Of a DNA stretch of 64,000 bases, positions 20,113-29,352 are shown in pieces. Every line of letters starts with the position of its first letter. Positions within the stretch are counted from its first letter, which is position 1. Made by a program: the position numbers and the translations under genes. Below the pieces are notes generated by a model. The model was not told the DNA's origin. It did not search any database and worked only from the letters and a program-made list of their open reading frames with translations. The DNA is from Arenicellales bacterium (lineage in GTDB: Bacteria > Pseudomonadota > Gammaproteobacteria > Arenicellales > JAJDZL01): contig OZ241380.1 in assembly GCA_965200765.1 (NCBI GenBank), forward strand, positions 2,706,417 through 2,770,416. Reading direction: 5' to 3'.

Positions 20113-20877
20113 TCACTTGTGATTCTGTTTTCGACTGCCGGATTCAGTCTCTTTGACATACGCATCACTGATTACAGGCATGGTTGACCGAACCCAGTTT
20201 TCTGCTGTATTGTTCAGTTCTCTCACTTTTCGGTTTTCAGGATAAATAGGCTCGCCTACTCGCACACGAATTGTTCCTGCTCTTTTGTTGAATTCTCTGC
20301 GTCGCCAGAAATCACCGGAATTGTGAGCGACCGGTACAAGCGGTACCTTCGCTCGAGCTGCAAGAAGCGCCGCACTTGCATTGAATTTGCCATGCTCACC
20401 CGGTGCAGTGCGAGTTCCCTCTGGAAATATGACCACCCATCGACCTTCCTTCAACTTTTCGATGCCTTGTTCAACGACTTGCAACAAGGCTTGCCGTTGA
20501 GTAGACCGATCAATCGCAATAGGCCTGGATGCGGCCAAACCCCAACCAAAAAACGGAATGTATAACAACGATCGCTTCATCACCCAGGCCTGCGGGGGAA
20601 ATATGGTTTGAAATGAAATTGTTTCCCAGGCCGACTGATGCTTCGCAAAAATAACCGCCGGACCCTCTGGCAATTTTTCCATTCCTTCAACCTTGTGGCT
20701 CAATCCGCATGTGATCTTCAGCCAGAACAGCACTGCATGTGCCCAAACTCCGATTACTCTGGATCTGGGAAACGGCGGCAACATCACCGCTACCACACAA
20801 ACCGGCCAATAAACAAGCACAGCAACAATCATGCCAGTCATAAACAATGATGATCGGATAAATTGAACAGCCTTCAT
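20113..20877 (-). CDS. plsC: 1-acyl-sn-glycerol-3-phosphate acyltransferase
   Basis: Contains the acyltransferase motifs AKHQSAWET (H-x4-E/D block) and VIFPEGTRT, plus an N-terminal TM helix. It sits in the gmhB-like/glyS neighbourhood, as in Pseudomonas. Confidence 0.85.
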   Translation of the reverse strand: MKAVQFIRSSLFMTGMIVAVLVYWPVCVVAVMLPPFPRSRVIGVWAHAVLFWLKITCGLSHKVEGMEKLPEGPAVIFAKHQSAWETISFQTIFPPQAWVMKRSLLYIPFFGWGLAASRPIAIDRSTQRQALLQVVEQGIEKLKEGRWVVIFPEGTRTAPGEHGKFNASAALLAARAKVPLVPVAHNSGDFWRRREFNKRAGTIRVRVGEPIYPENRKVRELNNTAENWVRSTMPVISDAYVKETESGSRKQNHK

Positions 20878-20883
20878 TTGCGA

Positions 20884-21402
20884 TCACCTTTCATCTCGGG
20901 AGGATTGCAACAGCTCGGCGAATTCGGAAAGGTTTTCAAGCACAGGAACATCTGATTTTTGTCTGTCTTTCGTGCCAATCAGAAATGGTTTGGCACCTGC
21001 ATTGCGCGCCGCTTCAGCAATTTCCAACCTCTTGCCGACCACAAAAACCTCTTTTGGAGACTCCCGCAAGCGGTCAAGCAGGTTGCTGAGAAATTCTTTG
21101 GGTTGCTCACTATCACTACCTTCCGGTTTTCCGCTACCGATAAAAATCGCGTTTACATCGCCGCCTGCTTTTCGGATCGCATCAAGCATCTTCTGGAGAA
21201 TTTGATTGAACGCCATGAAATTTTGTGCTTCACTGTCCAGTTCCTTATACATGGAGAACACCACGATTCGAAAATCCTGTCGATACAGATTCGCAATTGC
21301 CTTGAGACTGCTTTTCACTGGTACCCAGGAATCAACATCCAGATAATCAGCTCCAACCGGCTTCCGCACAATCAAGTCCTGTTCCAATACAACTGTATAC
21401 AT
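20884..21402 (-). CDS. HAD-superfamily GmhB-like protein with degenerate catalytic motifs
   Basis: Aligns by eye to E. coli GmhB. FLDRDG aligns with VLEQDL, VVVTNQSG with VVFSMYKE, and MVGDKLEDMQAA..ANVG with VVGKRLEIAEAARNAGA. It occupies the conserved position between glyS and plsC. Confidence 0.6.
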   Translation of the reverse strand: MYTVVLEQDLIVRKPVGADYLDVDSWVPVKSSLKAIANLYRQDFRIVVFSMYKELDSEAQNFMAFNQILQKMLDAIRKAGGDVNAIFIGSGKPEGSDSEQPKEFLSNLLDRLRESPKEVFVVGKRLEIAEAARNAGAKPFLIGTKDRQKSDVPVLENLSEFAELLQSSRDER

Positions 21403-21486
21403 GGGCTTATAGTACTGTTATGTCAAAAAATTCCGACTACCAAACCTGATGTCATTTGTCGTGCCAATTTCAAAAACCCAGCTTGC

Positions 21487-21816
21487 TCAAGCCTCAAATT
21501 CCGAAATTCGGATGGTACCGTCTACCATTTTCGACTTCCGTTCCACCACCTTCCGAATCTTTTTCCAGAACGATTGATTCAGGTCAAAATCAGCTGCGAT
21601 CGAAGTGCCCAAGAGCAATATCAGCAAGTCCGCACACTCCTCGGCGATCTGCTCCTTGCCCTTGCCTTTGGTCACGGCCGCTGAAATTTCACCCAGTTCC
21701 TCAACCATCAGTGCAATTCGATACTTCAGATCGTGACCACCCTTTCCCGCCATATCAAACCTCTCATGAAACGCTTGTACCGCATTTCGCATCTCTGTAA
21801 AAGAATCTTGATTCAT
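21487..21816 (-). CDS. Small MazG-like nucleotide pyrophosphohydrolase domain protein
   Basis: 109-aa all-helical protein with EELGE....(x).. and EE.AD.L motifs ([26 protein letters not shown]), typical of the MazG/NTP-PPase family. It has a 4-nt ATGA overlap with the glyQS stop. Confidence 0.65.
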   Translation of the reverse strand: MNQDSFTEMRNAVQAFHERFDMAGKGGHDLKYRIALMVEELGEISAAVTKGKGKEQIAEECADLLILLLGTSIAADFDLNQSFWKKIRKVVERKSKMVDGTIRISEFEA

Positions 21817-24800
21817 TGCTTCACCTCACCCGGTTGCAACTGGGAAATGTCCGCTACCTTCAGAAACATATTGTTGATAAATGAAACCAGTGCCACCCGA
21901 TTCATCCGGAGTTCAATATTTTCGTCCATCACCATGACTTCGTCAAAAAACAGGTCAATCGGCTCTTTCAAGACCGCAAGCTCATGCAGTACACCTGAAT
22001 GGTCAGATTTGCCCAGCAACGGTTCAATTCGCTGATTGACTTCTTTCGCCTTTCGGTACAGAGACTGTTCCGATTTCTCGATCAGCAGTTCAGAGGTCAC
22101 TCCATCGCGAACCAGTACATCGGCAGAACGCAGAATATTCCTGATGCGCTTGTTTGCCACCACGAGATTTTCAAACTCTGGCAGATTCCTGAACTGACGA
22201 ACAGCCCTCAGTCGCATGTCGAACTCTAGCAACCGCGATAGCTTCAATTCGTACACCGATGCAAATTCGTCGGCGGTATATCCTTGATCTATGCAATACC
22301 CTCTGAGACGATCCAGCATGAATTCAAATACCTTTTGTATCGTAGCTTCGTCTGGCACTGCAACTCCGTTATTGTCATCGCCGGCACGCTGTTCTTGAAA
22401 CAATTCAACCGCTTTGATCATGACAAATTGAATATCAAGGTTCAGTTTGCGCTCAATCACAATTCTGAGTACTGCAATCGCCATGCGTCGCAGTGAGTAC
22501 GGGTCGCGGTCACCTTTAACAACTTCTCCCGCTGCCGTCAGTCCCACAAGAGAATCAATTCGATCTGCAATTGCGACACTGCAACCGGCCGGAGATTCAG
22601 GAAGCATGCCAGTCGCGGATCTCGGATAATAACTTTCCTCAATCGCCTGCGCCAGCGTAACCAATTCGCCGTTTGCCTCCGCATAGTATCGGCCCGCAGT
22701 ACCCTGCAACTCGGGAAATTCGCCTACCAGCTCGGTTACCAGGTCGGCCTTTGACAGCAACGCTGAACGATGTGCGACTGTTGCGTCATAACCCAATGTT
22801 TCAGCAATAAATTCAGCGAGTTGCGATATGCGTATGGACTTGTCATACACTGAACCAAGCTTGTTGTGAAACACCAGGGTTTTCAGGTGCGGCAACTTGT
22901 CTTCCAAAGAACTTTTCAGGTCCTGATGCCAGAAAAATTCAGCATCTGCAAGCCGGGCACGCAATACCCGCTCATTCCCGTGCCTGACTCTTTGCAAAAT
23001 TTCTTCATCATCCAGATTGATGTTCGCCACGCCAACAAACTTCGGCATCAAGTTGCCATCTGCATCCACCACCGAAAAGTACTTCTGATGATGCTCCATG
23101 GAAGTAACCAGAACCTCCTGGGGCAGTTTCAGAAACCGCTCGTCAAACGAACCCAAAAATGCAAACGGCCATTCAACCAGATTGGTAACCTGATTCAACA
23201 AGGTTTCCTTGACTACCACATTTCCGCCTGTTACAGACTCCAAGCTCTGAATTTGCTTCAATATTAATTCTTTTCGTCGCTGTGAGTCAGCAATGACCCG
23301 GCCATGCGCTTCCAATTGTTCTTCGTAGTCATCCGCACAGGGGAGGTTGATGTTTCCCGGATGGTGAAAACGGTGCCCGACTGTACTGGAGCCGGACCCA
23401 ACCGAAAAGACTTCGCAGGGTATTTCCTCATTCCCGTGAAGAAGAACCGCCCAGTGTACTGGTCGAACAAACTGAGCCTCGCTGTTGCCCCAGCGCATTC
23501 GCTTGGAAATCGGCAACCTCGCCACTGTGTTTTCAATACATTCCGGAATTGAATCAACCGCACTTCTGCCAGGGTCCGTATACCGGTACGCAAGATAACT
23601 TGCCTTGTCGGTTTCCACTCGTACCAATTCATCCACTTCCAACCCGCAGGATTTTGCAAACCCCGTGCTGGCAGCTGTCGGATTACCATCCGCGTCAAAT
23701 GCTCGGTTTAATGGCGGACCACGACGTTCCTTTTGTACTTCAGGGCTTCTGCGAAGCACCTCTGCAATCAATACGCCGATACGTCTGGGAGTGCCAAAAC
23801 TTTGGGACTGTTGCTCCATCGTTTCAATCAGTCCTGCACGATGCAGTTCCTCTTTCAACCCTTTCTCTAGTGCTACGGCAAGTGTTTCAACCGAGTCAGG
23901 CGGCAATTCTTCGGTGCCAATTTCAAGCAATAGCGAAGCCGGTTTTGACGATTGGGACTCTGTTGAAATATTACTGGACGCTGTAGCGCTTTCAACTGTT
24001 GATGTTTCCTGCCGACGCAACCCGGGAAATCCTTGAGTCTCCCGACTTTGGTAGTATGCTTCTGCAACCATTCTGGCAAGATTGCGCACCCGTCCAATGT
24101 ATCGTGCCCGCTCTGTCACACCGATCATTTTTCTCGCATCAAGCAAATTGAAGGTATGCGATGCTTGCAACACCTTCTCGTATGCTGGAAACGGCAGATC
24201 CTGATTCACCAGTTCTTTGCATTGAATCTCCAGAGAGTCGAATTTTTCAAACAAAAAATCCGTATCAGCGTATTCAAAATTAAAGGCTGATTGTTCTTTC
24301 TCGAACTGAAGGTAAAGATCGCCGTAGGTCCAGTTGTCATTCCACTTCAGGTCGAAAACGTTCTCGACTCCCTGTACATACATTGCAATCCGCTCCAGTC
24401 CATAAGTGATTTCTCCGGTTACCGGTCGACACTCCATGCCACCTGCCTGCTGAAAATAGGTTACCTGAGTTATCTCCATCCCGTTGAGCCAGACTTCCCA
24501 ACCCAGACCCCAAGCTCCCAATGTGGGTGATTCCCAGTCATCTTCAACGAATCGTATATCGTCTTGCAAGGGGTCAATATTCAATCGGCGCAATGAGTCC
24601 AGATAAATTTCCTGGAAATCAATGGGCGACGGTTTCAGTACCACCTGATATTGAAAATAGTGCTGCAAACGATTTGGATTTTCGCCATACCGGCCATCAG
24701 TTGGTCGTCTCGATGGTTGGACATAGGCTGACTTTGTCGGTTCGGGTCCAACTGCCGCGAGAAAGGTTGCCGGATGGAATGTACCAGCACCGACTTCCAT

Positions 24801-24878
24801 GTCATAAGGCTGTAGGATGACACACCCTTGCTCTGACCAGTAATCGTTTAACGCAAATATGATTTGTTGAAAGTTCAA
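21813..24878 (-). CDS. glyQS: Fused glycine--tRNA ligase alpha + beta subunits (GlyQ-GlyS single chain, 1021 aa)
   Basis: The N-terminus [36 protein letters not shown] is GlyQ. After a Ser/Thr-rich linker ([28 protein letters not shown]), [12 protein letters not shown] starts GlyS. One uninterrupted ORF with a TTG start at 24878. Confidence 0.9.
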   Translation of the reverse strand: MNFQQIIFALNDYWSEQGCVILQPYDMEVGAGTFHPATFLAAVGPEPTKSAYVQPSRRPTDGRYGENPNRLQHYFQYQVVLKPSPIDFQEIYLDSLRRLNIDPLQDDIRFVEDDWESPTLGAWGLGWEVWLNGMEITQVTYFQQAGGMECRPVTGEITYGLERIAMYVQGVENVFDLKWNDNWTYGDLYLQFEKEQSAFNFEYADTDFLFEKFDSLEIQCKELVNQDLPFPAYEKVLQASHTFNLLDARKMIGVTERARYIGRVRNLARMVAEAYYQSRETQGFPGLRRQETSTVESATASSNISTESQSSKPASLLLEIGTEELPPDSVETLAVALEKGLKEELHRAGLIETMEQQSQSFGTPRRIGVLIAEVLRRSPEVQKERRGPPLNRAFDADGNPTAASTGFAKSCGLEVDELVRVETDKASYLAYRYTDPGRSAVDSIPECIENTVARLPISKRMRWGNSEAQFVRPVHWAVLLHGNEEIPCEVFSVGSGSSTVGHRFHHPGNINLPCADDYEEQLEAHGRVIADSQRRKELILKQIQSLESVTGGNVVVKETLLNQVTNLVEWPFAFLGSFDERFLKLPQEVLVTSMEHHQKYFSVVDADGNLMPKFVGVANINLDDEEILQRVRHGNERVLRARLADAEFFWHQDLKSSLEDKLPHLKTLVFHNKLGSVYDKSIRISQLAEFIAETLGYDATVAHRSALLSKADLVTELVGEFPELQGTAGRYYAEANGELVTLAQAIEESYYPRSATGMLPESPAGCSVAIADRIDSLVGLTAAGEVVKGDRDPYSLRRMAIAVLRIVIERKLNLDIQFVMIKAVELFQEQRAGDDNNGVAVPDEATIQKVFEFMLDRLRGYCIDQGYTADEFASVYELKLSRLLEFDMRLRAVRQFRNLPEFENLVVANKRIRNILRSADVLVRDGVTSELLIEKSEQSLYRKAKEVNQRIEPLLGKSDHSGVLHELAVLKEPIDLFFDEVMVMDENIELRMNRVALVSFINNMFLKVADISQLQPGEVKQ

Positions 24879-25288
24879 GGCAATTCGCTTGTTTTCACAG
24901 ACAGTATTGTTTGATTGATGCGAGGACAGCGATTGAATGACAGGAGCTGACTCATGCTTGTCTATTGTACTCGCGCCGGGTGCTTCGTTTGAACTCGGTA
25001 ATGAATATCATGACCGGCTAGCAGGATACAGGAGCTAGTCTTGTAGTCGCTATGCTATTGACATTGTGCGTCGATTCGACTTTGAGTTATTGCTTTGCTC
25101 TCCGGTAAGCTACGATTGCCCACTTCAATTGGCCAGTTCGCCAAGTTTCTGCTCATCGCTCATCCAGCAAAGGCTTTCACTGGATATTTGCAATCCTACC
25201 CCAAGGAAATTGGTAAATTTGCCTTCAAATGATTTCCATCGGGGAGTACCAGATTCATTAAACCGTTTTCCAGAAATTCAATTCCATG

Positions 25289-27259
25289 CTAATCTTCCCC
25301 ATCCTCTTCAATGTTTTGCAGGAGTCGGGAAATTCGACCTTGTACGTATGTACTCTTGTCCAAAAATTCCTGATATGCATTGAAGGCGCTGTTTATCAGT
25401 TGGTCGTAAAGAACCACCCTTACTCCTTTAACATTCAACATTGACTCTGATTCTTGTCTTTCTTGGAAATTACTCCAGTCATTCAGCTCATTTCCCACAA
25501 CACAAACGACATCAATTTTAGGATTTTGCTCACCTTTCACCTCTGACAATAATTTCTTTAGAGCATTACGGTAAAGATTCACTTGCTTTAAGAGTGAAAA
25601 AGTATCTGTCCGTACACTTGCTCGTTTCAATTCTACAATGATGTGCTTCCCCGCTGTAGTTCTATATTTGATATCAACGCGACCTTGTAACTCTTCATCA
25701 GTCAACGAAGTTGAAATTTTCTCGAATTCCTTGATTAATCGCTGCTCCATATATTCAGAACCAGACACCTTTTCCCATGATGGATCCAACAACCATAAGT
25801 GATCAAACAAGTGTTTCTGAATTACACGCTCCTTTTCGTCGTCTTCAATCAGATTCCGCAACGCTCTGACAACACCAATACGACCCTTGACAATCTGATG
25901 AAACAGAGTTGCTTCCAATTCATCCAAATGTCCAAAAACCTTTCCGAACTCGACGATGGTATCACCAGTTAGATCCCGTAATGCATCAAGGTTCTGCTTT
26001 GCTTTCAAACACTCAAAGGCCAGTACACTGTATTGAAACAGCATCGCACGCTGTTCCGGCTTGTCTACCATGATTCGGTTGACCTTTCCAAAAATCTGTT
26101 CGGCCCGATGTTGGTCATCCTTGCCCAATGATTCGAACCACTCTTTAATCGCGTAACTTTCAAACGCGACTTCCTTTGCAACTTTGTTTCTCAGTGTTGT
26201 CCAATGGTTCTTGATGTAAGTGATTTCTGATTTGACAGCTTCACAAAGTGCAACATTTCGTTCATCGTCTTCAACCACAGACTGGCGATTCGTTGTTACA
26301 ATATCCGGATAGACATCGTCATCAAGGTCATCCGCACAAATCTCTCCAATAATGAATTTTGAGTAAAGGCCCGTTTCACCGAAGGGTTGAAGTATGTCTT
26401 CCTGAACAAGCTTGCCCCGGGCCATTACAACGATCTTGTTCCAGCTATCGCCTTCTGTCATTAGCTGACCAGACTCCTTGACAGTTCCTATCCATCCTTC
26501 AAATTTTGACTCTTCACGTTCCTCTATATGCTCCAAATTGCTGCACAACTCAATGCATTTTCGTCCGTACTCTCCATAGTACCAGACATATTGGAGATTT
26601 CGGTAATAGTCACGGTCTGTTACATCAATCGGTTCGTTGTTCAAATTTATCTCAAATTCATGGTCTGAACCCAGTATGCTAAACCGACGAGCCAATCGCC
26701 TCCGCAAAGCTTTCTCCGTCTGGTTTAGCCTTTTTCTTGGCTTGCGCAGAACAATACGGGTACCGCTTGGCATGGAATCCATTTCCGGTTCTATCTGGAG
26801 AGGATGGTAGGTACCCTTTGTGCGTCCTTCTCGAATCGCTTCCTGAATTTCCGGGAGGGACATGCTAAAGGCTATCGGCTCCTTACCCTCAAATCGCGAA
26901 TGAACATCAATAACATTTGCAACAGAAAACAGAGACAGCTTGCCAATTCCCTTTCGACCCATTACAGGGCGTTGAAACTTGGAAGTGACCGGATCTTCAT
27001 ACTCCCGACGCCTGTACCCAACTCTGAGGAATTTCTCATTGATATCTTCCACAGACATGCCATGGCCGTCATCACAAATCGAAATCGTTTCAGCATGCGA
27101 ATTGATTCTGATTGTTACAGAAGTGGCATCTGCATCCCATGAATTTGCAACCGCCTCGGCAAGTACCGCAGGCACGTTGCTGTAAAGATTGACCCCCAAA
27201 TGATTGAGCACATTCAAATCAATCGTCATTTTGAAAATTTTCTTGACTTCAGCATCCAT
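25289..27259 (-). CDS. GHKL (MORC/MutL/Hsp90-like) ATPase fused to a C-terminal PD-(D/E)xK-type nuclease motif, copy A (656 aa)
   Basis: Bergerat-fold motifs are E35-AVA-N39-SW-D42, DDGHGM and GRKGIGKLS. The C-terminus reads HLFDHLWLLDPSWEKV ... GRVD529IKYRTTAGKHIIVE543LK545R; I checked the DNA at 25625-25690. Confidence 0.75.
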   Translation of the reverse strand: MDAEVKKIFKMTIDLNVLNHLGVNLYSNVPAVLAEAVANSWDADATSVTIRINSHAETISICDDGHGMSVEDINEKFLRVGYRRREYEDPVTSKFQRPVMGRKGIGKLSLFSVANVIDVHSRFEGKEPIAFSMSLPEIQEAIREGRTKGTYHPLQIEPEMDSMPSGTRIVLRKPRKRLNQTEKALRRRLARRFSILGSDHEFEINLNNEPIDVTDRDYYRNLQYVWYYGEYGRKCIELCSNLEHIEEREESKFEGWIGTVKESGQLMTEGDSWNKIVVMARGKLVQEDILQPFGETGLYSKFIIGEICADDLDDDVYPDIVTTNRQSVVEDDERNVALCEAVKSEITYIKNHWTTLRNKVAKEVAFESYAIKEWFESLGKDDQHRAEQIFGKVNRIMVDKPEQRAMLFQYSVLAFECLKAKQNLDALRDLTGDTIVEFGKVFGHLDELEATLFHQIVKGRIGVVRALRNLIEDDEKERVIQKHLFDHLWLLDPSWEKVSGSEYMEQRLIKEFEKISTSLTDEELQGRVDIKYRTTAGKHIIVELKRASVRTDTFSLLKQVNLYRNALKKLLSEVKGEQNPKIDVVCVVGNELNDWSNFQERQESESMLNVKGVRVVLYDQLINSAFNAYQEFLDKSTYVQGRISRLLQNIEEDGED

Positions 27260-27337
27260 AGCTTTTCAAATTTTTGCTTACACTTTTTGCAATTGCTCGT
27301 GCCAGTGCGACTGGCACTGCATTGCCTATCCATCGGG
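27249..27337 (-). pseudogene. Relic of the last ~28 codons of the C5-methyltransferase gene, left by the tandem duplication
   Basis: 27249-27337 matches 29342-29430 with one mismatch seen (gccagtGcgactggc vs gccagtTcgactggc). It translates RWIGNAVPVALARAIAKSVSKNLKSYGC*. Homology to the methylase ends at tccatcggg (27329-27337). Confidence 0.85.
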
Positions 27338-27381
27338 AAGTGCCAGATTTAATGAACCTTTTCCAGAAATTCAATTCCATG

Positions 27382-29352
27382 CTAATCTTCCACATCCTCT
27401 TCAATTTTTTGTAGTAGTCGGGAAATTCGTCCTTCTACGTATGTACTCTTTTCCAAAAATTCCTGGTATGCTTTGTAGGCATTGTTTATCAGTTGGTCGT
27501 AAAGGACAACTCTAGCACCATCAATCCTCAGTATCTCTTCGGATCTCTGTCTTCCATTATGGTCTTCCCAATCCTTAAGATCGCGACCCACAACACATAT
27601 AATTTCGATTATGGACTCTTGGTCGTTTTCAGTTGCGGACAATATTTTCTTTAGAGTATTTCGATAAATTTCAATTTGCCTCAATAGCGTAAGGGTATCT
27701 GTCCGAACACTTGCTCGTTTCAATTCTACAATGACATGCTTACCTGCAGTAGTTCTATATTTAATGTCAACGCGGCCTCGTAACTCTTCATCAGTCAACG
27801 AATTTGAAATATTCTCGAATTCCTTGGCTAATCGCTGCTCCATGTATTCAGAACCAGACACCTTTTCCCATGATGGATCCAACAACCATAAATGATCAAA
27901 CAAGTGTTCCTGAATCACACGTTCTTTCTCATTTTCGTCAACCAAATCCTGTAATGCTCTAACAACACCAATACGACCCTTGACAATCTGATGATACAGA
28001 GTTGCTTCCAAATCATCCAAATGTCCAAAAACCTTTCCGAACTCAACAATGGTATCACCAGTTAGATCCCGTAATGCATCAAGGTTCTGCTTTGCTTTCA
28101 AACTCTCAAAGGCTAGTGCACTGAATTGAAACAGTATCGCACGCTGTTCTGGATTGTCTACCATGATTCGATTGACTTTTCCAAAAATCTGTTCGGCCCG
28201 GCGCTGGTCATCCTTGCCCAATGATTCGAACCACTCTTTAATCGCGTTACTTTTAAACGCTACTTCCTTTGCAACTTCGATTCTCAGTTTTGTCCAATGT
28301 TTCTTTATGTAGGTTATTTCTGATTTGACAGCCTCACAAAGTGCAACATTTCGCTCATCGTCTTCAACCACAGACTGACGATTCGTTGTTACAATATCCG
28401 GATGGGCATCTTCATCAAGATTATCCGCACAGATCTCTCCAATAATGAATTTTGAGTATAGGCCCGTTTCACCGAAGGGTTGAAGTATGTCTTCCTGAAC
28501 AAGCTTGCCTCGGGCCATTACCACGATCTTGTTCCAACTGTCGCCTTCTGTCATTAGCTGACCAGACTCCTTGACAGTTCCTATCCATCCTTCAAAATTT
28601 GACTCTTCACGTTCCTCTTTATGCTCCAAATTGCTACACAACTCAACGCATTTTCGTCCGTATTCTCCATAGTACCAGACATATTGGAGATTTCGGTAAT
28701 AGTCACGATCTGCTATATCAATTGGTTCGTTGTTCAAATTTATATGAAAATTGTAGTCTGAACCCAGTATGCTAAACCGACGAGCCAATCGCCTCCGCAA
28801 AGCTTTCGGTGTCTGGTTTAACCTTTTTCTTGGCTTGCGCAGAACAATACGGGTACCGCTTGGCATGGAATCCATTTCTGGTTCTATCTGGGGAGGGTGA
28901 TAGGTGTCTTGTGTGCGTCCTTCTCGAATCGCTTCCTGAATTTCCGTGAGCGACATGCTAAAGGCTATCGGCTCCTGATCTTTAATTCGCGAATGAACAT
29001 CAATAACATTTGCAACAGAAAACAAAGACAGCTTGCCAATTCCCTTTCGACCCATTACAGGACGTTGGAACTTGGAAGTGACTGGATTTTCATACTCCCG
29101 ACGCCGGTACCCAACTCTGAGGAATTTCTCATTGATATCTTCCACAGACATGCCATGGCCGTCATCACAAATCGAAATCGTTTCAGCATGCGAATTTATT
29201 CTGATTGTTACAGAAGTGGCATCTGCATCCCATGAATTTGCAACCGCCTCGGCAAGTACCGCAGGCACGTTGCTGTAAAGATTGACCCCCAAATGATTGA
29301 GCACATTCAAATCAATCGTCATTTTGAAAATTTTCTTGACTTCAGCATCCAT
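27382..29352 (-). CDS. GHKL ATPase - PD-(D/E)xK-type nuclease fusion, copy B (656 aa)
   Basis: Paralog of copy A offset by exactly 2093 bp. The first 122 aa differ at a single residue (D89N). The same GHKL and VDIKY...VELKR motifs are present. Its start overlaps the methyltransferase stop by 11 nt (ATGGATGCTGA). Confidence 0.75.
   Translation of the reverse strand: MDAEVKKIFKMTIDLNVLNHLGVNLYSNVPAVLAEAVANSWDADATSVTIRINSHAETISICDDGHGMSVEDINEKFLRVGYRRREYENPVTSKFQRPVMGRKGIGKLSLFSVANVIDVHSRIKDQEPIAFSMSLTEIQEAIREGRTQDTYHPPQIEPEMDSMPSGTRIVLRKPRKRLNQTPKALRRRLARRFSILGSDYNFHINLNNEPIDIADRDYYRNLQYVWYYGEYGRKCVELCSNLEHKEEREESNFEGWIGTVKESGQLMTEGDSWNKIVVMARGKLVQEDILQPFGETGLYSKFIIGEICADNLDEDAHPDIVTTNRQSVVEDDERNVALCEAVKSEITYIKKHWTKLRIEVAKEVAFKSNAIKEWFESLGKDDQRRAEQIFGKVNRIMVDNPEQRAILFQFSALAFESLKAKQNLDALRDLTGDTIVEFGKVFGHLDDLEATLYHQIVKGRIGVVRALQDLVDENEKERVIQEHLFDHLWLLDPSWEKVSGSEYMEQRLAKEFENISNSLTDEELRGRVDIKYRTTAGKHVIVELKRASVRTDTLTLLRQIEIYRNTLKKILSATENDQESIIEIICVVGRDLKDWEDHNGRQRSEEILRIDGARVVLYDQLINNAYKAYQEFLEKSTYVEGRISRLLQKIEEDVED

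Noticed and set aside
20959-21684. 241-aa plus-strand ORF
   Set aside because: It is antisense to the HAD-like and MazG-like genes, which have recognisable motifs and tight operon spacing. It has no motifs of its own.
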